Part shown: one piece after another, positions 18,878 through 27,390 of the stretch
How the letters are laid out: every line of letters begins with the position of its first letter
Position numbering within the stretch: position 1 is the stretch's first letter
Assembly (NCBI GenBank): GCA_015494735.1
Contig: WGAQ01000070.1
Span: 1 to 43,360, forward strand
DNA from: a candidate division WOR-3 bacterium
GTDB taxonomy: Bacteria > Hydrothermota > Hydrothermia > LBFQ01 > DSFT01
DNA length: 43,360 nt
Direction of reading: 5' to 3'
The notes under the pieces: model-generated
What the model saw: the letters and a program-made list of their open reading frames with translations, nothing else
The model's database searches: none
What the model was told of the DNA's origin: nothing
Made by a program: the position numbers and the translations under genes

Positions 18878-20326
18878 ATGATGGAAATGCTTTTGATGAT
18901 ATTAATCCAGCAGGTGAAGATGGAGGGGAAAGTGCATGAAATAAGTCCTATAAAGGAGAGGGGCATCGTTACTCTGCAACTGAAGGACGGCACGAAAGCC
19001 ACCATACAGACCACCATATCAATCGACAGGGGGCAGATAAGCATAACCAACATTCCCTACAGACCCGAGGACATCAGAGCAATCGCCATAGAGATAAACA
19101 GGAAGGGCAATGGCGAAGAGCAACCACCCAGGCTGCTGGTATGGGTGGAAGGTTCGGTACCTGTAGATACCACTCTCGACGCGTGGAAGGATACAACGGT
19201 AGATGTGGGAGGTACCCCGGTAAATATAACGAAGATGCTGGGCATCGCGAATGTGGGGACCTACGATGTCATAGGGCAGATGAATGTGGGGAGCGCCATA
19301 GACGGAATCGTGGGATTCACCGTGGGAAATAACTACTCCGGTGTATGGGGCATCGGCGCTGCCGACACCTCGGAAGGGGTGAGGGGCGAAATACTATCCG
19401 GATACATCAATTCCACCGGAGTCATGGGTCTGGTTCCGGGAGCAGCATCCGCTGCAGAGAGCAACACTGCTGTGCACGGTGAGGCACAGGGAGCATCGAC
19501 GGAATATTCCACCGGAGTTGTCGGAGCAAGGATATCCGGGACCACCTATACGGTTTACGTGAACAACGGCGTTTACGGTTATTCCGACGTGGGCTCCGGG
19601 GTGGTTGGGTTCAGAAGTACTGGAGGAACAGCCATATCCGGAGGTGTGGCCTCCCTGTACACGGTGACGAGCAGCGGAGTTGTCGGCTATTCCGGTGAGA
19701 GCGACGGATATGGAGTGGTCGGTCTGGCGGACGGAGGCGGCTTATCCTCATCTGCCCACATCGCAGTGCTCGGATATGATATGAATGCCACGAGCAACAG
19801 TTATGCCGTCCTGGCATATGGTGATTTCGCCGCCACAGGAGGAAAGTCCTTCATAATGGACCATCCCCTGGACCCCGCCAACAAATTCCTGAAACATTAC
19901 TCCATCGAGTCCAACGAAATCCTCAATGTTTATCGGGGCACAGTCTCCCTGGACGCCAACGGCGAAGCGGTGGTGTACCTTCCCGATTACTTCGAAACCA
20001 TAAATACGGAGTTCTCGTATCAGCTGACCCCCATCGGGGCTCCCATGCCGAATCTCCACATCAAGCAGGAAGTTTCCGGAAATAGATTCGTCATCGCGGG
20101 AGGGGAGCCCGGGATGAAGGTATCCTGGACGGTGTATGCCCGCAGAAATGACCCGTACGTGCGGCACAACAGAGAGAAGTTCAGGGACGTGGTGGAGAAA
20201 CCCGCAGAACTGAAAGGGAAGTACCTCTATCCGGAATTCTACGGCAGAAGCAGAGCAGCATCCATAATCCAGCCCAGAGAAGAGAATCGGAGTATGAGGA
20301 TAGTAAGGACAGAGTGGAAGAAATAG
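18878..20326 (+). CDS. Fibre/adhesin-like protein with Gly-Val-Ser-rich repeats and conserved C-terminal globular module
   Basis: GGAGG (18868-18872) lies 5 nt upstream of ATG 18878. The central ~200 aa hold imperfect G(V/I)(V/Y/W)G(F/Y/L)-type repeats (GIVGFT, GVWGIG, GVMGLV, GVVGAR, GVYGYS, GVVGFR, GVVGYS, GVVGLA). The C-terminal module is KSFIMDHPLDPANKFLKHYSIESNE...FSYQLTPIGAPMPNLHIKQEVSGNRFVIAGGEPGMKVSWTVYARRND. Confidence 0.6.
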   Translation: MMEMLLMILIQQVKMEGKVHEISPIKERGIVTLQLKDGTKATIQTTISIDRGQISITNIPYRPEDIRAIAIEINRKGNGEEQPPRLLVWVEGSVPVDTTLDAWKDTTVDVGGTPVNITKMLGIANVGTYDVIGQMNVGSAIDGIVGFTVGNNYSGVWGIGAADTSEGVRGEILSGYINSTGVMGLVPGAASAAESNTAVHGEAQGASTEYSTGVVGARISGTTYTVYVNNGVYGYSDVGSGVVGFRSTGGTAISGGVASLYTVTSSGVVGYSGESDGYGVVGLADGGGLSSSAHIAVLGYDMNATSNSYAVLAYGDFAATGGKSFIMDHPLDPANKFLKHYSIESNEILNVYRGTVSLDANGEAVVYLPDYFETINTEFSYQLTPIGAPMPNLHIKQEVSGNRFVIAGGEPGMKVSWTVYARRNDPYVRHNREKFRDVVEKPAELKGKYLYPEFYGRSRAASIIQPREENRSMRIVRTEWKK

Positions 20327-20332
20327 GAATCC

Positions 20333-20351
20333 GGGGGGCTACGCTCCCCCC
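20333..20351. terminator. Possible bidirectional hairpin between the convergent fibre-like and mutase genes
   Basis: GGGGGG (20333-20338), loop ctacgct, CCCCCC (20346-20351). It overlaps the last codons of the mutase gene. The T-tract is weak. Confidence 0.3.
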
Positions 20352-21631
20352 TTCAGAGATTTCCTCACCATATCGATGAATTCCCTGTCCGTACTCTCCG
20401 CATAGACCCTGACGATGGGCTCCGTGTTGGAAGGTCTTATGTGAAGCCAGGAATCACCCCTGCGGAAATAGTATCCATCCTCCATCACGAGGTCGAAATC
20501 CTTCACGAGGGGCCGGAACCTCTCCAGGACCATATCCACATCCTCCCCTTCCACCTTATCCTTGAGCATATAGGTTCGTGGAAGGCTCTCGAGAGTATCG
20601 AGCAACTGACCGGACACGTATGACGAATACAGCACAGCCGATGCCAGTACACCATCCCGCGTTGCATTTATCTCCGGGAATATCAGCCCCCCATTCCCCT
20701 CCCCTCCCAGAGGGGAACCCGTTTCCTCCATCTTCCTGAGGACATTGGCCTCGCCTACGGGAGCCCGTATGACCCGTACCCCGTGCTTCCGGGCAACGAA
20801 TTCTACCAGAATGGAAGTGGAATAATTCACCACCACATCCCCCCTGACGAAGTTGAGCAGGTAATCCACCGAGAGGGCCACAGTCATCTCCTCGCTGAGC
20901 ATCCCATACCCCGCGACGCCCAGGACCACCCTGTCCCCATCGGGGTCGGTGGCAAAAGCGAGTTCGAATCCACTCCCGAGGTATTCATCCAGATGTCCCA
21001 GATACTCCTTCCTCGGCTCCGGGTTCCTTTCGAATCTTCCGGATGACTCGCAGTATATCTTCTCCACATCCGCCCCCAGGCGGGTCAGCACGAGGGGGAG
21101 GGCCCTGTACATGGCTCCATTGACGCAGTCGGCTACGACCCGTGCATTCCCCTCCCTCATATAACCGGATTCCACCACCGCCCTCACGTGCTGCTCCACC
21201 GCATTCCCCACCTCTATCCTCTCACCCCACGGCACCACCCACCGGTAATCATCCAGATAGGAGAGAAGTTTCTCCAGTTCATCCCTGAAGAGGAATCTGC
21301 CCCCTTTCGCTGAGAGCTTCAGAGCATTCCAGTTTTCCGGATTGTGGCTTGCGGTAAGGATTATTCCACCATCCATATCCATCTTCCGGCTCACGAACTG
21401 GGCGGTGGGAGTGGGAGCAATTCCGATGGAATAGACATCCTTCCCCGCCATCCTGAGGGTATTGGCAACGATATCGTAAAAGAGGGCTCCATGGGGCCTC
21501 GTGTCCCGCGCCAGAAGAATCCTGTTCCCCTCGATAATCCGGGAAAAGGCAGAGGTGTATCGCACCACGAGGAGGGGATTGAAATCATCCGGAACGGTTC
21601 CCCTTATGCCGGACACCGATACCTTGAGCAT
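20339..21631 (-). CDS. Phosphoglucomutase/phosphomannomutase-family enzyme (GlmM/ManB-like)
   Basis: 430 aa. SGIRGTV N-terminus, phosphoserine loop TASHNPENWNALK, metal loop ATDPDGDR, sugar loop GGEGNGG. Confidence 0.9.
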   Translation of the reverse strand: MLKVSVSGIRGTVPDDFNPLLVVRYTSAFSRIIEGNRILLARDTRPHGALFYDIVANTLRMAGKDVYSIGIAPTPTAQFVSRKMDMDGGIILTASHNPENWNALKLSAKGGRFLFRDELEKLLSYLDDYRWVVPWGERIEVGNAVEQHVRAVVESGYMREGNARVVADCVNGAMYRALPLVLTRLGADVEKIYCESSGRFERNPEPRKEYLGHLDEYLGSGFELAFATDPDGDRVVLGVAGYGMLSEEMTVALSVDYLLNFVRGDVVVNYSTSILVEFVARKHGVRVIRAPVGEANVLRKMEETGSPLGGEGNGGLIFPEINATRDGVLASAVLYSSYVSGQLLDTLESLPRTYMLKDKVEGEDVDMVLERFRPLVKDFDLVMEDGYYFRRGDSWLHIRPSNTEPIVRVYAESTDREFIDMVRKSLKGGA

Positions 21632-21637
21632 GGTGTA

Positions 21638-21643
21638 ATTTTA
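21638..21643 (-). promoter_or_regulatory. -10-like box TAAAAT, 6 nt upstream of the mutase ATG
   Basis: Minus strand reads cttaaaattacaccATG: TAAAAT, spacer tacacc, ATG 21631-21629. Confidence 0.5.
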
Positions 21644-21715
21644 AGCAGTGGCAATCCAGAGGGACATCATCCGGCAGGCCACATTCGTGAAACTGGAGAA
21701 TTCTTCCAGTTCCTT

Positions 21716-21721
21716 TAAAAT
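21716..21721 (+). promoter_or_regulatory. -10-like box TAAAAT for the envelope operon (leadered; GGAG SD precedes ATG 21748)
   Basis: cctttaaaatttcagcacgatttgaagttGGAGtctATG. The box is 26 nt upstream of the ATG. Confidence 0.4.
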
Positions 21722-21747
21722 TTCAGCACGATTTGAAGTTGGAGTCT

Positions 21748-23511
21748 ATGAGGAAAATCTTCGCCGGGATTCTGCTGAGCGTGGGGGTCGCGTTCTCCAC
21801 ATCCATAGAGGCAGGTGGTCCGGTTCTGGACATATATCCGGGGGCGAGGCCCACGGGAATGGGAGGAGCATTCACTGCATTCTATGGTGACATAATGTCG
21901 ACATATTACAACGATGCCGGGCTTGCATTCATCGAAGGATTTCAGGTCTATTCACTCCAGCACTCCAACTGGCTCCAGGGGTTGATTGGAGATGCCTATT
22001 ACGAATACGGGGTGGTGGCCATACCGGCCTCGAGGGGTGTCATCGGCGTATCCCTCACCTATCTGACAGTGGGGGAAGTCACGATAACCGATGAAAACAA
22101 CGTGACTTATTCCTTCGTTCCATACGACATCGTCTTCAAAACCTCCTATGCGAGCAGATTGAACGATAAATTGAGTTTTGGAATAGGGGCCAAGTTTTAC
22201 TACAGTTTTCTCGTTCCCGCAGATATACTGAGGGAGGTGTTCGGTGTGGTGGGGGATGGTTCGGCGAAGACCTTCATGATAGACGGAGGACTTCTATACA
22301 GGGAGGGTCCTCTCTCTATGGGTCTTTCTTTACTCCACCTGGGTCCCGAGTTGCGCTATTCGGGAAGCGACCAGCCCAATCCCCTGCCATGGACGATAAG
22401 GATGGGCACGAGGTACCAGCGCACCTTCGGAAACGTGAGTTTCACTCTGGCAGCAGACCTGAGCAAAATTCTGGTCAATATCCAGAGGGATCTGGCCGAT
22501 AGCGGACTGGCCTTCGTATGGAGGGACACGTACAAGCACATAGGACTGGAGATAGGATTTGCCAACATCATATACCTGAGGGCAGGATATTTCGAAGACC
22601 TTCTGGGCTCCAGGGTGGGACCCACATTCGGACTGGGGGCAAGGTACGAGAACTTCGCATTCGATATATCGGATGACAGATTCATCTATGCATTCACCGA
22701 TAATCAGAACAACGTTCCCAACTACAGGTTTCAACTCACATTCATGAGGAGCATAAAGCACGCCGGAGAAAAAGCGGACAGTCTCAGGAAACCCTCCCTC
22801 ATCGTCGAAGTAAGAGACAGTTCGACGGGGAAACCCATAGAGGCGGCCATCAATCTAAGGGACCTGAAGACGGGAGACATCATAACCGCGGAAGGTAATG
22901 GAAGCGTGGAGTTGAAGACAGATCCGGGAACCTATATACTGAACGTGGAGAATAACGCGTACTATCCCTACGAGGACACAGTCGCATTCGAGAAGGACGG
23001 TCAGGTGATAAGAGTTTCGCTGAAGAAGAAACCCCACGGGAGACTCACCATAATGGTGATGGACAGCGTCAGGAATAAGCCCATATTCGCCAGCATCATG
23101 ATAGGCGATGTGGAGGTTGATACCAGCCGCATAACCCTGCAACTGCCCGAAGGCACCTACGCCCTCAGGGTGGAATCGCCCGATTACAGCATGTATTACA
23201 ACATCATCGAAGTCAGAGGAAATACGGACGATACCATACTGGTGAAGCTGAGTCCCATAACCTCCAGACTGAATGTAGTGATAGACAGGCCCATCCAGAT
23301 AAACATCTACAGGGGAGAGGAACTGGTCATAAGCGAAAACCTCAGGAGGAACAAATCCTACAGTCTCGGGATAGGCACCTTCAGGGTCGTGGTGGATTGC
23401 GAGGATTGTGAAAAGAGAGAGCTTGAGGTAATATCCAGGCCCGGCCACGACATGTTGCTGGAAATCAGGGACAACAAGGTTCAATTGAAAGAAGGAGGAG
23501 AAGGTTCATGA
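21748..23511 (+). CDS. PorV/PorQ-like outer-membrane beta-barrel fused to three CarboxypepD_reg/PEGA-like beta-sandwich domains
   Basis: Signal peptide MRKIFAGILLSVGVAFS. The hallmark PGARPTGMGGAFTAFYGD...YYNDAGLAF matches the PorV/PorQ (UPF0164-like) family. After ~aa 345 there are three ~75-aa repeats (SLIVEVRDSSTGKPIEAA..., GRLTIMVMDSVRNKPIFA..., SRLNVVIDRPIQINIY...). Confidence 0.7.
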   Translation: MRKIFAGILLSVGVAFSTSIEAGGPVLDIYPGARPTGMGGAFTAFYGDIMSTYYNDAGLAFIEGFQVYSLQHSNWLQGLIGDAYYEYGVVAIPASRGVIGVSLTYLTVGEVTITDENNVTYSFVPYDIVFKTSYASRLNDKLSFGIGAKFYYSFLVPADILREVFGVVGDGSAKTFMIDGGLLYREGPLSMGLSLLHLGPELRYSGSDQPNPLPWTIRMGTRYQRTFGNVSFTLAADLSKILVNIQRDLADSGLAFVWRDTYKHIGLEIGFANIIYLRAGYFEDLLGSRVGPTFGLGARYENFAFDISDDRFIYAFTDNQNNVPNYRFQLTFMRSIKHAGEKADSLRKPSLIVEVRDSSTGKPIEAAINLRDLKTGDIITAEGNGSVELKTDPGTYILNVENNAYYPYEDTVAFEKDGQVIRVSLKKKPHGRLTIMVMDSVRNKPIFASIMIGDVEVDTSRITLQLPEGTYALRVESPDYSMYYNIIEVRGNTDDTILVKLSPITSRLNVVIDRPIQINIYRGEELVISENLRRNKSYSLGIGTFRVVVDCEDCEKRELEVISRPGHDMLLEIRDNKVQLKEGGEGS

Positions 23512-24317
23512 AGAGGTATTTACTGGCAGGCCTGATAACCCTGGGCCTGTTCGCATGCAATAAATCGGGGGAAACGGGCGCAGGCCAACCCGAAGGACAG
23601 GTCATAGCGAGAATAGGGGACATAGTGGTGACCGATAAGGACATAGAACTCAGCCTTCAGGGGTTGCCTCCAGGGCAGTTATCTCCCCAGCAGAGGGAGG
23701 CGATAAAGCAGGACCTCATAAAGACAGCCCTGTTCTACAAGGCAGCGATGGATGAGAAGATAGACACCAACAGGAATCTGATGAGGCGAATCGAATGGAT
23801 GAAGCGCTCCATAATTGCGCAGGAATACCTGAGGTCCAAGTACGGGAACAGGCAGATTACCCCCCAGCAGGTGGATGAATTCATAAAGAAGAGAGGCAAT
23901 CTATTCTCCAGGAAAGCGTCCTTCATCATGGTCCTTTACTTCGACTCCACCCTGAAAGACACCATAAGGGAACTGTTGCTGGATGGAAGCATGGTGGCCA
24001 ATAAGTATCTCGACGATATGACCAAGAAGGGGCTGATAAATCCCCAGGTAATACCCCCCTCCAATCTGGGGCTCCTGTCTCTGGACATGCCGGAGGATAT
24101 GATAAACGCCATACTCAAGGCAAGGAGGAACCAGGTTCTGGGTCCCTTCAAACTCCAGGATGCATACGCATTCGTAAAAGTCCTTTCAGTTGAAAACGAC
24201 AATCCCCAGAGGCAGGATGTTCAGCAGGCCGTATTCCAGTATCTGACGATGAAGGACCAGCAGAGATTTGCGGACTCTCTCTACAATGCTCTCAAGAGCA
24301 AGTATCTCAAGGAATAA
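23508..24317 (+). CDS. SurA/PrsA-like periplasmic chaperone lipoprotein (parvulin part degenerate)
   Basis: ATGA overlap with the upstream stop. MKRYLLAGLITLGLFAC is a signal peptide plus lipobox. A SurA_N-like segment (VIARIGDIVVTDKDIELSL) is present, and the C-terminus LGPFKLQDAYAFVKVLSVEN resembles the end of a PpiC domain. Confidence 0.65.
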   Translation: MKRYLLAGLITLGLFACNKSGETGAGQPEGQVIARIGDIVVTDKDIELSLQGLPPGQLSPQQREAIKQDLIKTALFYKAAMDEKIDTNRNLMRRIEWMKRSIIAQEYLRSKYGNRQITPQQVDEFIKKRGNLFSRKASFIMVLYFDSTLKDTIRELLLDGSMVANKYLDDMTKKGLINPQVIPPSNLGLLSLDMPEDMINAILKARRNQVLGPFKLQDAYAFVKVLSVENDNPQRQDVQQAVFQYLTMKDQQRFADSLYNALKSKYLKE

Positions 24318-24352
24318 AATAACTGGCTGGTGTAACCAGCCCCCTTCCTGCA

Positions 24353-26137
24353 TTGATTAGCAAGGAATTCCTCAAACTCCTTCTGAAGCACTGGAAACTC
24401 ATTACGATTCTCGTATTCGTGATGTTCCTCGGCTCCATAATAGACGGAATTTCCCTCAGTTCCCTCCCCATAGCCCTCAGAATCATATTCAACAGCCAGG
24501 AGCCTCCCCACTACTTCCAGCACATACCCTCTCTTCAATTCCTGGACGAAGTAATCGCAAACACATTCTTCCGCGTCCCCCCGACCGTCGCAATCTTCCG
24601 TCTGTCCGTTTTCATCCTGATACTCTTCCTGCTGAAGTTCCTCATTCTCTACACCAAGGACCTGATGGTGGCCTACGTGGAGGAGAGAATCATAATGAAT
24701 CTCAGGAACGACATGTTCAGACACCTCCTGACCTTACCGGTAAATTACTTCCGTCGTCATGGTGAGATAATAAGCCGATTCACCAACGATACCAAGCTCC
24801 TTAAGGGAGCCCTGACGGAGGGCCTGTTCGACTTCGTGAATTCCACCATAAAGGCTCTGGTATTCATAACGATAGCCTTCCTCATGGCGAGCCAGCTCAT
24901 GCTGGTGGGCATCATAACCATAGTTCCCCTCGGACTATTCCTCGGATGGGTTTCCAGAAGACTCAGGAGGAGATGGGACAGAATCAATTACTACATGGGA
25001 GAGATAGCCGGATACATAAATTCCGTATCCAGAGGGATAAAGGTGATAAAGATATTCTCCACCATAGAGCGGGAGTTCGAAAGGTTCAGGCGAATTTCCA
25101 GGAAGTACTTCATCTCCGCCCTGAAACTGGAAGCACTGGGCAAATTTGCACAGCAGTCATCGGAATTCCTGGTGGCAATACCCATAGTCCTGCTCCTCAT
25201 ATACAGCAGTCATCTCATATTCGTCGAGAGGAGTCTCACCAGTGACCAGTTCATGGTCTTCCTCCTGGTCGTCATATCCACAATCAGCCCCGTGAAACGC
25301 ATATTCAGGTCCAACAACTTCATACAGCAGGGAGTGGCGGCATATCACAGATGCCTGGAGCTCTTGAACCTCCCCCCGGAGCCCCGCGGCGGAAATACAC
25401 CCTTCACAGGACTGGAAAGGGAAATCGAGATAAAGGACCTGTGGTTCTCCTACGAAAATCATCCCGTTCTCAGGGGACTGAATCTAAAGATAAGGAAAGG
25501 GCAGAAGGTGGCCATAATAGGCCCCTCGGGGGCGGGGAAGACCACCTTTCTCGAAATACTCGCCGGTCTCCTCAAACCCGTAAAAGGTCAGATTCTCATG
25601 GATGGGAAAGACCTCTGGAGTTTCGACATATACTCTTACCGCAGGAGAATCTCCATAGTCCCCCAGGAGACCTATCTCTTCGAGGGCACCATATACGAAA
25701 ACCTGACTATGGGAGAGGACATACCCCTGGAGAGGGTAATAGAAGCATGCAAAATCGCCGATGCTCACGAATTCATAGAGAAACTGCCCGGCGGATACTT
25801 CTACCATCTGGACGAAGGGGGGACCAATCTCTCAGGAGGGCAGAAGCAGAGGCTCGCCATTGCCAGGGCCATACTGAGGAATCCGGACCTCATACTGCTG
25901 GACGAGCCCACATCCAATCTGGATGCGGAGAGCGAGGAGAAGGTGAAGAATGCCCTTTCCAGAGCCCTCAAGGGGAAGACCTCCATCATCGTGACCCACA
26001 GGCTATCCACAGCGGTGGATTCGGATTTGATAGTGGTGATGGATGGAGGACGCATTCTGGACACGGGAAATCACGAAGAACTCCTGAAGCGATGCAGGGT
26101 CTATCGCAATCTGGTATCCCTGCAATCCCTTACATAA
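24353..26137 (+). CDS. msbA: ABC exporter, fused permease/ATPase (MsbA-like lipid A/lipid flippase family)
   Basis: 594 aa. Six-helix ABC_membrane N-half. Walker A GPSGAGKTT, signature LSGGQKQRLAIARA, Walker B LILLDEPTSNLD. A TTG start at 24353 is assumed because there is no earlier in-frame ATG. The msbA symbol is by family and context (lpxB, bamD) only. Confidence 0.8.
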   Translation: MISKEFLKLLLKHWKLITILVFVMFLGSIIDGISLSSLPIALRIIFNSQEPPHYFQHIPSLQFLDEVIANTFFRVPPTVAIFRLSVFILILFLLKFLILYTKDLMVAYVEERIIMNLRNDMFRHLLTLPVNYFRRHGEIISRFTNDTKLLKGALTEGLFDFVNSTIKALVFITIAFLMASQLMLVGIITIVPLGLFLGWVSRRLRRRWDRINYYMGEIAGYINSVSRGIKVIKIFSTIEREFERFRRISRKYFISALKLEALGKFAQQSSEFLVAIPIVLLLIYSSHLIFVERSLTSDQFMVFLLVVISTISPVKRIFRSNNFIQQGVAAYHRCLELLNLPPEPRGGNTPFTGLEREIEIKDLWFSYENHPVLRGLNLKIRKGQKVAIIGPSGAGKTTFLEILAGLLKPVKGQILMDGKDLWSFDIYSYRRRISIVPQETYLFEGTIYENLTMGEDIPLERVIEACKIADAHEFIEKLPGGYFYHLDEGGTNLSGGQKQRLAIARAILRNPDLILLDEPTSNLDAESEEKVKNALSRALKGKTSIIVTHRLSTAVDSDLIVVMDGGRILDTGNHEELLKRCRVYRNLVSLQSLT

Positions 26138-26156
26138 CTATAAACTTTCGGGGACG

Positions 26157-26831
26157 ATGAGACGACTCCTATTCCTTTCGCTTGCCATAGCGCTGGCAGG
26201 ATGCTCTTTTCTGCGCAATACCAATCAGGTGCAGGAGATAAAGGACCCCAAAGTTCTATATCAGCAGGCGATGGCTCTCTACGAACAGGGGGAATACAAG
26301 AAAGCACTTCCCTACTTCAGGAAACTCCTGTATGGAATGGGCATAAACGACTACACGGATGAAGCCCAGTACTACCTCGCCGCCACATACTACCACCTGA
26401 AGGAGTACGACCTGGCGATTCTGGAACTGGAATTCTTCATAAAAAACTTCCGATTCAGCGAACTGTATCCGGATGCTCTGCTACTCCTTGCAAAAGCCTA
26501 CGAGGGGAAGTACAGCAATATACACCTGGACATAAGTCCCCTGAAAAAGGGCCTGAAGTACGCGCAGAGAGCAAAAGAAATCCTCAAGGGAACGGATAAG
26601 GAAAAGGAAGCGGATGTAGTCATCAGGTCCATAAGGGAGAAGTTTGCCCGCAAGCACCTCCTGGCAGCATGGGTTTATAACAAACTGAAGAAGTACAAAT
26701 CCGAACTCCTCTATCTCGAACTGTATCTGAAAGAATATCCGGATATGGATAACGTGGATTCGGTCAGGGCAAGGGTGAAGGAGTTGAGGGAGATTGTCAG
26801 AGATGCAGAAAATTCTGGTAATAGGCGGTAG
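26157..26831 (+). CDS. bamD: Outer membrane protein assembly factor BamD-like TPR lipoprotein
   Basis: MRRLLFLSLAIALAGC is a lipobox. TPR-like repeats follow (LYQQAMALYEQGEYKKALPYFRKLL, AQYYLAATYYHLKEYDLAI, DALLLLAKAY), as in YfiO/BamD. Confidence 0.75.
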   Translation: MRRLLFLSLAIALAGCSFLRNTNQVQEIKDPKVLYQQAMALYEQGEYKKALPYFRKLLYGMGINDYTDEAQYYLAATYYHLKEYDLAILELEFFIKNFRFSELYPDALLLLAKAYEGKYSNIHLDISPLKKGLKYAQRAKEILKGTDKEKEADVVIRSIREKFARKHLLAAWVYNKLKKYKSELLYLELYLKEYPDMDNVDSVRARVKELREIVRDAENSGNRR

Positions 26832-27390
26832 ATTCGACCCCATCCACATAGGCCACCTCATAATAGCAGAGGACATGAAAGAAGAGTTGAATGTGGATAA
26901 AGTGTTCTTCATCCCCAGTTATAACCCGCCCCACAGGGAAGTGGAGACCCCCTTCGAGCACAGATACAATATGGTGAAACTGGCCATAGATGAGGAACCT
27001 TCCTTCACCGTAAGCGACATAGAAAAACGCCTCGGCCTGGAAAAGAGCTATTCCTATCTGGTAATGCAGGAATTCAAAAAGCAATTTCCCGATTCCAGAA
27101 TCCTCTTCCTCATAGGAAGCGACCAGTTCAAAACCTTCAAGACATGGTATAAATACGAAGACCTTTTGAATCTGGTGGAGGTGGTGGTGGCACTCCGGAA
27201 CACTGCCGACAAAAAGTATTACCCGAGGGACCTAATAGAGAGGGTAAAATTCGCCCACAACAGAATCATAGAGGTCTCAGCATCCGAAGTGCGCAGGAGG
27301 GCAAGGGAAGGGAAGCCCTTTCGATTCATGGTCAGAGAGCCGGTTTATCAGTACATTCTGGAAAATAATCTGTACAGGGAGGCGAAATGA
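26803..27390 (+). CDS. nadD: Nicotinate-nucleotide adenylyltransferase
   Basis: MQKILVIGGRFDPIHIGHL is the (H/T)xGH nucleotidyltransferase motif, and a late ISASEVRRR motif is present. The start is set at ATG 26803. The gene overlaps the bamD 3' end by 29 nt. Confidence 0.9.
   Translation: MQKILVIGGRFDPIHIGHLIIAEDMKEELNVDKVFFIPSYNPPHREVETPFEHRYNMVKLAIDEEPSFTVSDIEKRLGLEKSYSYLVMQEFKKQFPDSRILFLIGSDQFKTFKTWYKYEDLLNLVEVVVALRNTADKKYYPRDLIERVKFAHNRIIEVSASEVRRRAREGKPFRFMVREPVYQYILENNLYREAK

Noticed and set aside
24325-24341. Hairpin GGCTGG-tgtaa-CCAGCC between the SurA-like and msbA-like genes as a terminator
   Set aside because: The stem is only 6 bp with no T-tract, and the downstream gene appears to belong to the same operon. 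It might be a processing or attenuation element, but the evidence is too weak to call.
25351-26160. 269-aa alternative-frame plus-strand ORF inside the msbA-like gene
   Set aside because: It is an Arg/Gly/Pro-rich frame-shifted reading of the NBD-coding region. The annotated frame carries the intact Walker A, signature and Walker B motifs.
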